A DNA stretch of 63,577 nt, the filler included, from Octopus bimaculoides (taxonomy: Eukaryota), in the NCBI RefSeq assembly GCF_001194135.2. It is 6 parts of 4 records of this genome, joined end to end, with 100 filler letters (N's around TTAATTAATTAA, not from the genome) between each part and the next. Parts side by side here need not be neighbours in the genome. Positions count along the whole stretch, not along the records: positions 35,561 to 48,018 come from NC_068986.1; positions 48,119 to 58,962 come from NC_068986.1; 4 more parts are not named here. The stretch is one strand, 5' to 3'. Below are positions 36,850-51,330 of this stretch, piece by piece. The stretch's first letter is position 1. Every line of letters starts with the position of its first letter. The notes below the pieces were generated by a model. The model was given only the letters and a program-made list of their open reading frames with translations, made no database searches and had not been told where the DNA came from. The position numbers and the translations under genes are program-made.

Positions 36850-38095
36850 CACTCATACATACATATTTATATATTACATACATGCATACATTTGCTTGTG
36901 TGATTCAGGCAACAGACCATAAAACTATATACGTGAAAAAGATAGGAAAATTAAATAAGTGCAGTCGTATTCAATACACGAACTGCTGGTATCTTAGTTA
37001 TAATCATTACCATACTGTTGCTACTTTACAATTATGACTTACTGTGATCGTTGTCATCATTGTTACTGTTGTTGCTGGCTTCTTTATATTAGTTTATTAT
37101 CACTAATTAAAGCTGAGAAGACGTTGAAGCAGAATTTGCTATATATATTTAGAAAGGGCTGGGAGTGGTTTTGGGAAATTCGATGAATACCTGAACATAC
37201 ACAGGAGAAAATAGTGGAGAGGTATTTGCGAGTAGAACACAGAAAATGAGTGACTAAATATATCTATTGAATAGGATCTATTGGTGCTTGCTTGGCCTGT
37301 CTGCCAGCAGGAATAACTAGATCTCCCTCAAAGCCTATAAATAAGAAAAACAAAATAAAAAAGGAAAAATAAAAAGGATGGAGTATTCTTGATGATATAG
37401 TCCTAGATGTCACTATCCGACAATTATGAATGAATACGGGATCATCTGAAGCGGAACGATTTTGAAACTAAATATGTTGGTTAGGAATCACCTGAGAATA
37501 TATTTGGTGGGGTGTTCCGCCGGCAGGAAATGATAGCCAAATCTATTTAGAATCAAAATTTATACTTTCTTACAAAAAGAAAAGCGGTAGCGGGAAAGGG
37601 GGGGGTGCAGAAAATAATGCAGTCATAAAACAAGGCCAGGTAAAACAAATAAAAAACTAAAAACTCAAGATGATAAGGGCTGGAATATATTTTTTATCAT
37701 AGGAGTTGCTCAATCAACGCTTATCTGTGGGCTTAATCAACAACCTTTGAAATAAATTAGGTATAATAACAATATATTTGATGTGTCTGTGAGGAATATC
37801 TACGTTCAGATGAGTTTAAATAACCGTTTCCGTCTACTTCCGGCTTTCATTATTTTAAAACTTTGTCGTATTTGATGAAGTGAATATATATTTTTTTGTG
37901 CTTTCCTTGATAAACAAAAGATATACACAGATAGATAATACATACATGTAGTGTGTGTATGTTTCAAGATGTGTGTGTGTGTCTGTGTGTGTGGGTTTGT
38001 GTGTATAAATATATATGTTTATATACACGTGTGTGTATGTATATATGTGCATATATTTATATGGATATACACAGACAAATATGTTTATACATTTG

Positions 38096-38130
<35 letters not shown>

Positions 38131-38142
38131 CTGTTTGTGTGT

Positions 38143-38191
<49 letters not shown>

Positions 38192-38214
38192 AATTTATAC
38201 ATGATTAATCCTTT

Positions 38215-38345
38215 CTACTGTAGGCACAAGGCCTGAAATTTTTTAGGGAAGGGGTTTAGTAGATTACATCGATCCCAATACTCAACTTATTTCATCGACC
38301 CCGAAAGGACGGACGAAAAATTGCACCCAGCGGAATTTGATCTGA
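38215..38345 (-). mobile_element. SINE family A, 3' part
   Basis: ggcacaaggcctgaaatt...catcgacccc...atcgaccccgaaagga. Confidence 0.75.
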
Positions 38346-38939
38346 AATACATAGATAATAACAACATGCATGCACACGCATATACACGCGCACACACACA
38401 TATATATATTTTTTTCTAATCATGGGACACCACTGGTAATGCATATGTGTGCATACATACAGATTAATGGAATACTGGAGATGCTCATAGCACACAATCT
38501 TAAATTGATATCACAGTGTGACTGCGCGTGCGTGTGTGTGTGTGTGCGTGTGTGCGTATCTGTGCGCGTGCGTGCGCGTGTATGTGAATATTACCGTTGC
38601 AGCCATTTGACAGCGGTCATATTGGGGCACCGACTTTAAAGTTATTCGTCTGTTGAAACTATCCGAAGTACTTCGGTCTGGTGCTCATATTATATCGAGC
38701 TGTATTTACCCAACTGTTTCGGCTAGATGTTTACCTCCCCTTTATTAACGTTTATACCTAAAGACAATTGCACTGATTTTACCGGTGTACACAACTACAG
38801 AAAAGCGTCATACATAAATGCATACACATACAAATAGATGTGTATGTGTGTATATATGTGTATGTGTATATGTATATATATATACATATATATATATACA
38901 CATGTGTACGTGTATTTGTCAGTATGTATGTGTATATAT

Positions 38940-39108
38940 AGAAAGGTACTTCGCGGCATTTTGTCCAAGTTAGAGTTCAAATTCCGCCGAGGTCGACCTT
39001 GCCTTTCACCCTTTCGGGGTCGATAAAATGAGTACCAATCGAGCACTGGGGTCGATGTAATCGACTATCCCACTCTCTCAAATTTCAGGTCTTGTACCTA
39101 TATTGGAA

Positions 39109-39110
<2 letters not shown>
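38940..39110 (+). mobile_element. SINE family A, 5'-truncated, with (ATT)n tail
   Basis: gagttcaaattccgccgaggtcgaccttgcctttcaccctttcggggtcgataaa; (TTA)n runs to ~39177. Confidence 0.85.
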
Positions 39111-39177
<67 letters not shown>

Positions 39178-40060
39178 TAGCAGAAGCAACAAAATGACTC
39201 ATGGGTCAAGAGTTTTTAGCTAGATGTAATTGAACATATTTCTTGTAGTAAAAGTTTTCGGTTAGGATATAAAATAGTCAAAGATAGTAAAAAATTATCT
39301 TAATTGTTCAAGCAAGTAGTACAAAACCCAGTGCGAATCGGATAAACTGGAATTCAAAATGTAAAGACCTGATATAAGTATTGCATATCTATCTTGTTTA
39401 CCTTCCTAGTTGGTTTGCCAAACTGGATTTGTGCTCAGCTAATGTAATAATATTAATGCTACATCATATGTAAGTCTTTTAGTAGAATTCCATCCACATC
39501 TACATGATTTTTTTTTCTCTGAGGGAATATTAAATCGTTACCACACTTGGCTACATAAACACTCACAAATGCAAATTAGACCGCCAATACAAGATTCCAA
39601 CTCGGAACATTAAGGGCCATAACCAAATAGCGCAGAAATTATTTTTATTTACCCGACATATAACAACAACTACAACAACAGCTACTACTACTACTACTAC
39701 GACCACCACCACCACTACGAGGTGAAGAAATAAAATGAGGTATCTTGCCGCTATGTATCTTGGCCGAGATGACAACGTGGTTCATTCGATTATATCGCGG
39801 TAAATAAGAACCAGTATACTTTAACCAATTAAACTGACACTTTTTCCCGTACTCCGATCAAATAAGTCTGTGTTGAAACTGTATTCCAGCTTCAACCATT
39901 AGATCTTTCTTGATTTATTAAGGCAACTTATTTATCTAGGATCATTTTTAATGTATCGAATCTTCAACTCTTTTCTTAAGGAGATAAAGCCTGACTTGGA
40001 GATTTGGCGGCCAATTATAGCAGGTCGAGCAACAACTGAGTTGATCTCACTTTAGGCAGC

Positions 40061-40115
<55 letters not shown>

Positions 40116-40588
40116 AATAACTAGGTACTATTCCTACTACTTATAGTAAAACATAATAAAGAAAAATAATATCACTACACAAATTATATATTTCTTTACT
40201 GGGATGTGTGATGCGAAAAGATTTGAAACGGAAGGCCAGTCGCTAAATGTTTGAGAGAAAAAATATATGGATATCAGTGCTGTCGCCATAGCACGAAGTT
40301 AATTTCGCTGTGTGTGTGTGTGTGTGTATGTGTGTGTGTGTGTGTTGGAAAGTTAATAGTTAAAACAATAAAGAAAACAATATTACTACCACTAATAACA
40401 ATAATATGTTGTTTGAGTGTTGTGACAGTTCGCTACAATCCACTGGCCCAACCAACTAAGCTGTGGAAACAATCGATAACAGCAAAGATATTTTTTTATA
40501 AGTGTCATATGTAAAAGTAATAGTATTAGTACCTGGATTAGAAACAGCAGTTATTCCGTGCATGGACTAGATATCACAGTATGTGCAC

Positions 40589-40630
<42 letters not shown>

Positions 40631-41182
40631 NNNNNNNNNNNNNNNNNNNNNNNNNNNNNNNNNNNNNNNNNNNNNNNNNNNNNNNNNNNNNNNNNNNNNN
40701 NNNNNNNNNNNNNNNNNNNNNNNNNNNNNNNNNNNNNNNNNNNNNNNNNNNNNNNNNNNNNNNNNNNNNNNNNNNNNNNNNNNNNNNNNNNNNNNNNNNN
40801 NNNNNNNNNNNNNNNNNNNNNNNNNNNNNNNNNNNNNNNNNNNNNNNNNNNNNNNNNNNNNNNNNNNNNNNNNNNNNNNNNNNNNNNNNNNNNNNNNNNN
40901 NNNNNNNNNNNNNNNNNNNNNNNNNNNNNNNNNNNNNNNNNNNNNNNNNNNNNNNNNNNNNNNNNNNNNNNNNNNNNNNNNNNNNNNNNNNNNNNNNNNN
41001 NNNNNNNNNNNNNNNNNNNNNNNNNNNNNNNNNNNNNNNNNNNNNNNNNNNNNNNNNNNNNNNNNNNNNNNNNNNNNNNNNNNNNNNNNNNNNNNNNNNN
41101 NNNNNNNNNNNNNNNNNNNATATATATGAATATGGGTGTAGTTGTATGTTTATTTATGGATGTGTATGTACCTGTGTGAGAC

Positions 41183-41234
<52 letters not shown>

Positions 41235-41450
41235 TAGGCGGCGTACTGGTAGAATCTTTAGCAGGTCAGGCAAAATGCTTAGCGGCATTTCGTCCGATTT
41301 TACGTTCTGAGTTCAAATTCCGCTGAGGTCGACCTTGCCTTTCATCCTTTCGGGGTCGATGAATTAAGTACAAGTGAAATACTGGGGTCGATGTAATAGA
41401 CTAGTGCCCCAAAATTTCAAGCCTTGTACCTTTGGTAGAAAGGATTATCA
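41235..41450 (+). mobile_element. SINE family A
   Basis: Full family A head-to-tail match. Confidence 0.88.
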
Positions 41451-42524
41451 TTATTCCAAAATGAAAATGTATTGACAATCATGATTTTCTCTTAATATTT
41501 TTTGATATGGCTTAGTGAGAAGGGAGAAAATGTCATGGCCATTTGGTGGCATTCTAAGACTGGTGGATGGAAATTATTTTATGACCAGTGTCTTAGTGTC
41601 CAAATAATTGATACACTTCTCCTGATAACCAGGTAGATGTGTTAAATAAGATAACGTACTAATTCGTTCTCCTCTAAAGATGAAACGTTTTTTTTTTTGT
41701 TCGGACTTCCGCACACCAAATAACACTTCCATCCATATTACACTCACTTCCAAGAATTCAGTCAAAGACACTTGCCCATGGAGTTTCTCAGCATGATCGA
41801 ATACGATCCGAAATCACACTGTTGTTTAAGAACTTTACAAACTGTTATGCTTGGTGATACTTTAATAGTAACATGTGCCGATCCCTGACCTTATACATAC
41901 GACTATAAGGCGTCGAGCTGGCAGAATTGTTAGTTGATCACTGGGATAGATGTAATCCACTAGCCCTCTACACATACAAAAACAGAGACGAATTATTCAG
42001 GCTTTGTGCCTTTAGTAGAAAGAATTATATGAGTATTGTGATTGGGATAGGTAGCCACATACCAATAATTACCAATAAAATTTATCCAGCGATTCATCCA
42101 TTCCTTTACTTACCCGTTCATCTCCGTGTCTAATCTGTTTCTGACTTATTTTATTTTAGATGTTTTATTTATTTATACATGTATTTGAAAAAGAGTGTTC
42201 TTATCCAGCTGTGTAACTTGGTAAAACAGGTCAAAACAAAAGTCAAAAAATCAAAGCCATATAACTAAAGTCGGTACATATGTACAAGGATATTCTTTCT
42301 TTCCATTTGTGTCTTATAAAAGTGAAAGATTTATATTAAAATTAGATTTGTTATTTGCATTCATTTATATAGTATTGATTTCAAAGTTTGGCACAAGGCC
42401 AGCAATTTTGTGGGGGAGAGGGTACGTCGATTGCATCAATTGGTATATCTTTTATCGACTCCTAAAGCGTGCTAATGTTTCTACAGCTCGCCGACTTCTT
42501 CATTTATATAATATTAAGCACACA

Positions 42525-42700
42525 CCGAGGCGGCGAGCTGTCGGAATTATCACGCCTAACGGCATTACTTTCGCTTTTGTATCCTGAATTCAACTTCCGC
42601 CAAGGTCGATTTTACCTTTCGTCCCTTTCGGGATCGCTAAACTAAGTACCAGTTGAACACTGGGGCTGATGTAATTTCAGCCCTTGTGCCTATTATAGAA
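42525..42700 (+). mobile_element. SINE family A, internally deleted
   Basis: aggcggcgagctg...tgaattcaacttccgccaaggtcga...taagtaccagttgaacactgggg. Confidence 0.78.
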
Positions 42701-43458
42701 AAACAATTAGGCATACATTGCACGCCTTGCATTCGTACAGGAAACCCTGCTGCTGCACCAACCTTCTTTATATCATAGAAACTTAGTAAGATCGCTTGAA
42801 CTGTTGGAAATAGTAGCCACGGATGATTACATTTAGAACACCTCCGATTTTAGTTCTGCTCGATCAAGATCGTCCTGTACTAAACGTGCGAGAGAACATC
42901 TAAGCCAAGAATGTACAATATTTTTCGAGAAGCGAGCTGCATAAGACACGGTTCATCACCATTCAGGCTACACTACTAAATAAAATTCAGTGTAATTTTT
43001 CGTTAGGCGTGCCAATCAGCACGTCTAGCAGGTCGCAGTTTGCCCAAGCTATGGCTCGAACTGCTATAAATAGCAACTACATATCTATCTCTCAAATTAC
43101 CCGCTGCCATCTATAAATAAAATGAAGGACATATTGGAGAAATGTATTCCAAAATACACGAATGAATGAAAATAAGATGGTGATGGTCATGGATGGAAAA
43201 TACTTTGGTCCTAATTTTTTCCCCCCCACCAGAGCTGCCCTGGAGCCAAATAACTACAACGACGACAACAACACACACACACACACACACACACCCTACA
43301 TTAAATAAACAACGTTACAGTATTATTACTCTCAAGAGTATAACGGTATATGAACCTTTGAATTAAATTAAATGCCAGCACAAGTCAAGCAAATCTATAT
43401 ACACCAGCTCTGATTTCGATGACGATGACGGTAATGGTGATGACGATGACGATCAATG

Positions 43459-43539
<81 letters not shown>

Positions 43540-43660
43540 ATACACACAATTTCATGGCGGATCTGGTTTCTCCAGTCTCGTCAAAATTCATGTATTATTT
43601 ATAAAATCCCATAAATAAATATTGTTCTTCCTCTAAGTGTGGCATAATAAAAATGATAAT

Positions 43661-43724
<64 letters not shown>

Positions 43725-44124
43725 GATAATAATAATAATAATATAGTATAAAAGTATTAGGCGAATCATTTACAAAGAAGCGTATTTCTGGTTAGCCAAT
43801 TACTTGACAAGTCAGAAACAGTAGCCAAATATCCGTCAAATGACATTTTATAATCTTAAGAAAACAAAAAGATGACATAAAAGTTAACATTAGATTTTGT
43901 GGGATGGATGTTGTAGATATTTTTTTTAATGCACAAGCTAAAAACGGGATGGTCACTGCTGGAATTCCTTTGATCATTGGTCTTCTCGACCAGAGTCGAC
44001 CTGTGACTACAGAACAACAAAAGCAGATATGAAATACTTAGTTTCTTTTATATTTTCTGTTCGAATAGAGTCAAGGTTGATTTAGCTTCTCATTTCCTTG
44101 GAACCGATAAAATACCAGATACAT

Positions 44125-44500
44125 AGGTGCACGCGTAGCTGTATGTTTAAGAAGCTTGCTACCCAACTATGTAGTCCCGGGTTCAGTCCCACTGCGCGGC
44201 ATCTCGGACTAGTGTCTTCAACTATTGCTCCGGACCAGTCAATGCATTATGAGTGAATTTGGTTGACGGAAGCTGAAAGAAGCCCGCCATACACATACAC
44301 GCGCGTGCGCACATATATGTATGTATATGTGTGTGGGTATGTGTATGTTTGTGTATAAGTTTGTCTTGACATTACGTGATGGTTATAAACGAGCAGCACA
44401 GTCATACAAGCGATGTTGTTCGTTTCCATCTTCCATAAAAAACATATATGAGCAGTGGGGAAATATTATCTTGCTTGGAAACAAGTGAGGGCCGGTGACA
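44125..44500 (+). mobile_element. SINE family B head with microsatellite and alternative 3' module
   Basis: gcttgctacccaac...ggttcagtcccactgcg...aagctgaaagaagccc, then a (TG)-rich tract, then a body unlike module C. Confidence 0.7.
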
Positions 44501-47466
44501 ACTGGGATAATCGGTAGATCTCAGATCAAATGCTTCGTATTATTTTGTCAACACCCTTTATGTGATCAAATTATACCCTGGTGCTGTGTGACAATATCAA
44601 ACCGTTACAGTCATAATCATCATAATCATTGTCGTTGTCATACGGTAGCCATTTGTGTTTGAAATTTGCATCTCAGGCCTCTGATTCCTTTCATGTCTAA
44701 AGCATGTGAATCATACTCTCTTTTCACTTAGACTGTCATTTGGTAAACACGGGGTAGTGGTGTTAAAGCGGGTGACTTATTAAGTCTGTTAGTGTTGATC
44801 CTGGCTCAATCTTGATCGAACAACTCTATGATCTAATTAAGAGTATTCTCCAACCCTGATTATTTCGCTTTTCTTCATGAGTATCCGGGACAATATTATG
44901 CAATGTGTCATTAACTGGTTATTCTTGTTGTTTAGCGCCAGGTCAGTTTTGATCGCGCAAACCTATGATCAAAAGTATTCCAATTGTGACCATCCCGTCT
45001 TTTTCTTATATGTAGGGATATCAAACCGATAGAGCGTGCAATCTGAGAGAGATTTGGGCGCTATTTCTAGTGAGTGGTGCGACCTTGATTAAAAAGATAC
45101 GGCGTGAATATGAGGAAGATCAGTCTGCTATTTTTCAATGGTTTGATGGACCCCATCGAAGCTTTCCCATTGCGTGCACTCTTTTGGCGTGTTTGTTGTG
45201 TCTAGACTCCTCCATCCCTTACTTCCTCGTTTTCTTTACATCTTTATCTTCAACACCTCCTTAGTCACAGTAATGAATACGCGCGCGCGCAGAAAACTTC
45301 TGTGTTAAGTACATCTATATGATATGTAATATAAGTAATGCATGAGTATATGCGTGCGCGTAAGTGAGTGTGTGACATTCCAGTGAGATTGTGTATGTCT
45401 AAGTACATCTTAGTATTCTACGGTTTTTAGATACGTGGTAGTTTACTAGTGTCATACGCTTATATTGTTCTCAGGGCTATGAAGATATAGTCATATCGTC
45501 AAGTTTGTGATGTCAGAGTAAATAATTAGAAAGTAAGTATAACAAATCACACACACACATACGCAATGTGAATTCATATTACATATATAAATATACATAT
45601 GCCTGCCTGTGTGCATATGTGTGTGCGTGTATGTTTGTATGTGTGTCTGTGTATATAGTATTATGCAGATACACGCACATACATATATACATTTATATAT
45701 ATATATATATACCTGTATTTACACAAACACATATTCTATGTACCAACATTTAATTTCACATCACATATCGTTCAATGCTATCATCTTCCATCTCACAATT
45801 TCCTGTGCGTTTCATTTATTACTTAGTTGTATTTCCTTACATCATCTTTTCACTTTAACGTATCACATTTTCATTTTACTTTTTACATGGTTTAATAAGA
45901 GATGAAGGCAAAATGCCCATTACTAATTTTACAGGGCCTTCTAGTCTGATGGGATAGACGAATGTAAGAAATTCCATCCCATTGGCTGAGCTACATATTG
46001 CTCTTTAGCACTGCGTTGAACTTCGACTGAGTGAACATTCGATAAAAGACATAGCAAACCACGACCATGGGGTAAAAGCGTGTGTTTTCTAATGTGCCCT
46101 TCCTTATTTGGAACGGTTTAATAGTTTGTATTTCAAGAAGAATTAGCTATTTCCAGAATTGTCGGCAACCACACACGGTTGATATGGAACGAAATAGCGG
46201 ATAGTTTCTGAAGTTATCTACGGGCCAGAGACCTGGTTAATCCAAATAGTTCAGTAGAATGAACACCGCCAAAAGCACACAAAGGCCAAGTGGTGATTCT
46301 TGTTATTTACCTCGAAGTCGTCTCTGATCGAGAGGACCTATGGCCAAATGTATTTTGATCGAGAGGACCTCTGGTCAAAGGTTACCATCCCTCTTGTCTC
46401 ATCTGTATAGGGAAGTCAAGACCATATTATACAATGAAACCTTCGTTAAAACGGTTGGGAAACGATATAACAGATATTTGCCTGCACTTACTAACAGATC
46501 GAGTGACCACATAAAGGGACCCACGTTGGTATGCCTGGTGGTTCACTAACACATTAAGGTTTTGAGTTATTCACAGGGAAAAGGTCCCGATATGTGGAAA
46601 TCGTATAAACACCCGTAAAGGTACCCACAGATCGCAGGTGATAGTATTATATCGGGACAACGGCTCAATACTACCATCCAAACTGGCAGCTAACTCCCGC
46701 TAATAATGTATTCCGGTTATCATCTACGCCAACCAAAATAATCACCATCAACACTATAGCGTAATAATAATTAATAAAACCAATTAGGTTCTTAATTAAT
46801 ATTATATTAGTATTAATAACAGTAATACTAGTAGGAGAGTTACCATTATTCAATTAAGAAAATAGATTCATGTATAAGCACGAGTCTGTTGGTGCACATA
46901 TGTGCGTTTTTGCGTGCATGCATACATCAAACACACATATATACACGTATATATATACATATATATGTACGTATATATATATGTACATGTATGTATATAT
47001 ACATGTATATATGTATATATATACATGTATGTATGTATACATATATATATATATACATGAATGTATATATATATATATATGTATATACATGTATATATGA
47101 ATACATATATACAGGTATATAAATATATACAACTATATATATATACATGTATATATAAGTATATATATACATGTATATATATACGTATGTATATACATGT
47201 GTATACATACGTATATATATATATATATACATACACGTTTATATGAACGTATATATATGTGTGTGTGTATATATATATACATGTCTATATGTACGTATAT
47301 ATATATATGTATATATATATACATACACATATATATACATATATATATATATATACNNNNNNNNNNNNNNNNNNNNNNNNNNNNNNNNNNNNNNNNNNNN
47401 NNNNNNNNNNNNNNNNNNNNNNNNNNNNNNNNNNNNNNNNNNNNNNNNNNNNNNNNNNNNNNNNNN

Positions 47467-47503
<37 letters not shown>

Positions 47504-48129
47504 ATATATATGTGCGTATATATATATATATATATGCATACACACATGCATTTCATTCACAAATTACGAATTACAATTGTACATGTGTGTATGTATATAT
47601 AAGCATGTGTGTGTTTGTAAACACAGAGATGCGTACACGTGTATTTATAAAAAAAACCCACACACAAACGCACAGATATTTCCACATAATTACATGCGCA
47701 TTTATGTGTACTTATTTATGCAAGTATTTATATAAACATACATGTACTGTCGAATACCGAGAGTACGAGAAAGTATGAGGTGGGAGTGAAGAAGAGGGGG
47801 GGGTAAGAAGTGTAATAAATGAAACAAGCCTAAGATAATTAACAAGTTTAATAACAAAGTTAAGCTCTTGGGTGTGTGTTAACCGACACTGATTTGGATA
47901 CCTCTCTAACTATTTAAACAGTGACTAGTAACACATTTAGCTGGAACGGACTTAAATAAAATAAGCAAGGCATATAATTTCTAACGTCCATACACACACA
48001 GAGCGGCGAATACATACANNNNNNNNNNNNNNNNNNNNNNNNNNNNNNNNNNNNNNNNNNNNTTAATTAATTAANNNNNNNNNNNNNNNNNNNNNNNNNN
48101 NNNNNNNNNNNNNNNNNNTCCCCCACCCC

Positions 48130-48760
48130 CTGCTATTTTTCAGCGTGGCGGTATCTCTTAGATACCCTATATTATAATTTTAAATAATTGTTACCTTTGA
48201 TGGTTTTTATTCCCATGCTGGCCACTTGATAAAATCAATATTTTAAATATCGATCTTATCCTTATTTATATAAATTTATTTTGTCGGTGTATTTACTGCG
48301 GTTGATATTCTGACCATATCGCACGAGGAGTTTTTAGGCGAGCAATTTAAATTGGTCGTGTGCATACGTGCATATATATGTATGTATACGTTCGTATATG
48401 TAAGTATACTGTATGTTTATATATATATATTTGTATTTATGTGCTTTTCTGAGTATATTCCACCGATGAAGGCAAAGCATTTATTATGCAAAGCCAGAAA
48501 TCCGGGATCTGGAATTATCCAGTTATTTTTACTAGTTTATTTTGTCTTCGTCTTCGCTCTTTGTGCTATATGAACATTTATTGTGGTTTAGAGTCAAGAT
48601 TTGACTGCTATTTTTCAGCGTGGCGGTATCTCTTAGATACCGTATATTATAATTTTTTATAATTTTAAATAATTGTTACCTTTGATGGTTTTTATTCCCA
48701 TGCTGGCCACTTGATAAAATCAATATTTAAAATATCGATCTTATCCATATTTATATAAAT

Positions 48761-48763
<3 letters not shown>
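48130..48763 (+). repeat. ~150-bp direct repeats, 475-bp period, flanking an HHR motif
   Basis: 48130-48278 versus 48605-48763: a few substitutions plus a 9-bp internal duplication. Confidence 0.9.
48457..48515 (+). ncRNA. Type I hammerhead-like motif, C4 core variant
   Basis: attcca-CCGATGA-a.ggc-aaa-gcat-ttatt-atgc-aaa-gcc.a-GAAA-tcc-g-gga-TC-tggaat. 6-bp stem I, AUC triplet. Confidence 0.68.
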
Positions 48764-48837
<74 letters not shown>

Positions 48838-48904
48838 TGTGTATATATATATTTATATATATATGTGTGTGTGTGTGTAACTATGTATGTATGTATGTAT
48901 ATAT

Positions 48905-49206
48905 GTGAGATAATAGTTTCACTTGAATAGTTTCAGTATTAATAGTGAAAGTATTAAAGTGAAAGTATCTCACATTACAATACGGAGATGTTTCACTTTT
49001 GACACGTAATACTGAAATAGTGTAAGAGATGAGAGATTGCTCTGGGCTCACATTGGGCAAGAAGTTGAAACTGTTTTAGCCCATGACACTGCATGGACCC
49101 TACGTAAGGCATGTGTAAAATTTGAATGAAATCAGTTGTGTAGTTCGCGAGTTTTAGGGATTCGCACAGACAGACACACACACATTCTAATCTTTATATA
49201 TATAGA
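48905..49206 (-). mobile_element. Non-autonomous Helitron-like 5' segment, copy 1
   Basis: Minus strand begins A|TCTATATATATAAAG, then tgtctgtctgtg, then aactgatttcattcaaattttacac. Confidence 0.7.
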
Positions 49207-49272
49207 TATATGTATGTATATGTATATCAGTATGCATATATATATATATGTGTGTATAAATATATGTAAGCA

Positions 49273-49303
<31 letters not shown>

Positions 49304-50018
49304 GAGTACATATTACATATACATCTATGTATACATATATATGCATACATATATATGTACACATATATATATACACATATATACTTGCATACATACACAC
49401 ACATATANNNNNNNNNNNNNNNNNNNNNNNNNNNNNNNNNNNNNNNNNNNNNNNNNNNNNNNNNNNNNNNNNNNNNNNNNNNNNNNNNNNNNNNNNNNNN
49501 NNNNNNNNNNNNNNNNNNNNNNNNNNNNNNNNNNNNNNNNNNNNNNNNNNNNNNNNNNNNNNNNNNNNNNNNNNNNNNNNNNNNNNNNNNNNNNNNNNNN
49601 NNNNNNNNNNNNNNNNNNNNNNNNNNNNNNNNNNNNNNNNNNNNNNNNNNNNNNNNNNNNNNNNNNNNNNNNNNNNNNNNNNNNNNNNNNNNNNNNNNNN
49701 NNNNNNNNNNNNNNNNNNNNNNNNNNNNNNNNNNNNNNNNNNNNNNNNNNNNNNNNNNNNNNNNNNNNNNNNNNNNNNNNNNNNNNNNNNNNNNNNNNNN
49801 NNNNNNNNNNNNNNNNNNNNNNNNNNNNNNNNNNNNNNNNNNNNNNNNNNNNNNNNNNNNNNNNNNNNNNNNNNNNNNNNNNNNNNNNNNNNNNNNNNNN
49901 NNNNNNNNNNNNNNNNNNNNNNNNNNNNNNNNNNNNNNNNNNNNNNNNNNNNNNNNNNNNNNNNNNNNNNNNNNNNNNNNNNNNNNNNNNTATATATATG
50001 TATATATATATATATATA

Positions 50019-50420
50019 GGCGCAGGAGTGGCTGTGTGGTAAGTAGCTTGCTTACCAACCACATGGTTCCGGGTTCAGTCCCACTGCGTGGCACCTTGGG
50101 CAAGTGTCTTCTACTATAGCCTCGGGCCAACCAAAGCCTTGTGAGTGGATTTGGTAGATGGAAACTGAAAGAAGACCGTCGTATATATGTATATATATAT
50201 GTGTGTGTGTGTTTGTGTGTCTGTATTTGTCCCCCTCCATCACTTGACAACCGATGCTGGTGTGTTTACGTCCCCGTAAGCTAGCGGTTCGGCAAAAGAG
50301 ACCGATAGAATAAGTACTAGGCTTACAAAGAATAAGTCCTGGGGTCGATTTGTTCGACTAAAGGCGGTGCTCCAGCATGGCCGCAGTCAAATGACTGAAA
50401 CAAGTAAAAGAGTAAAAAGA
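50019..50420 (+). mobile_element. Composite SINE: family B head + internal microsatellite + module C
   Basis: Head 50019-50180, (TA)/(TG) tract, module C 50230-50420. Confidence 0.9.
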
Positions 50421-50532
50421 ATACATTATATATATGTATATATGTAGGAATATATGCATGTATGTATGTATGTATGTATGTATGTAAGTATTATGCTTGT
50501 ATGTATGTATGTATGTATGTATGCACGTATAT

Positions 50533-50850
50533 ATGAGATACTATTTTCACTGTAATAGTTTATGTACTAATAGTAAAACTATTAAAGTGAAGGTATCTCA
50601 CATTACAATAGAGAGATGCTATTGTTTCACTTCTGATACAATACTGAAAGTGTAAGACATAAGAGATTGCTCTGGGCTCGCTTTAGGTAAGAAACTGAAA
50701 CTTTTGGGGCCCATGACACTGCATGGACCCTAAGTAAGGGATGTGTAAAATTTGAATGAAATCGGCTGTGTAGTTCTCGAGTTTTAGGGATTAACACAGA
50801 CAGACAGACACAGACACACACACACACATTCTCATCTTTATATACATAGA
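50533..50850 (-). mobile_element. Helitron-like 5' segment, copy 2
   Basis: Homologous to copy 1; minus strand begins A|TCTATGTATATAAAG. Confidence 0.7.
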
Positions 50851-50894
50851 TATATGTATATGTAAATATAATATGTGACAATTATTCGGTAGCC

Positions 50895-50925
<31 letters not shown>

Positions 50926-51158
50926 TGTATATATGTATGTATATATGTATGTATATATGTATGTATATATATGTATATATGTATGTATATATGTATGCAT
51001 ATATGTATATATAAATATATGTATGCATCTATATATGTGTATATATATGTGTACATATTACATATACATCTATATACACATATATATACATACATATATA
51101 TGTACACACACATATATATATATACACTTATACACATTCATACATATATTCATACATA

Positions 51159-51330
51159 TCTACTACGAATGTGGAAATCTGTGGGTGTGTTTGTTTGTGG
51201 CATTGTTATCTAACTCCCCCTACATCGTTTTATCGATTTTGATGATACTTGACATGTCCGTACAACTCATGTCTGGAAAACTAGTGACATACTTAGATTG
51301 TTGAAAAAATCGATAATACGGAAGGGATTT
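51159..51330 (+). mobile_element. Possible Helitron-like 5' end of a different family
   Basis: A|TCTACTACGAATG...tgtttgtttgtg...atcgattttgatgatacttg. Confidence 0.45.

Noticed and set aside
37370-46170. Recurring diverged words (gatcaaa..attccag..tgaccatccc; gagatttgg.tgctatttctagc) at ~37.4k, 40.0k, 42.8k, 43.9k, 45.0k, also 61.2k
   Set aside because: Likely an old dispersed repeat family, but boundaries are too decayed to annotate.
46130-46860. Unique-looking block with a 15-bp direct repeat (tgatcgagaggacct) and a short hydrophobic minus ORF
   Set aside because: No domain similarity or splice support; the ORF derives from an AAT-rich low-complexity tract.
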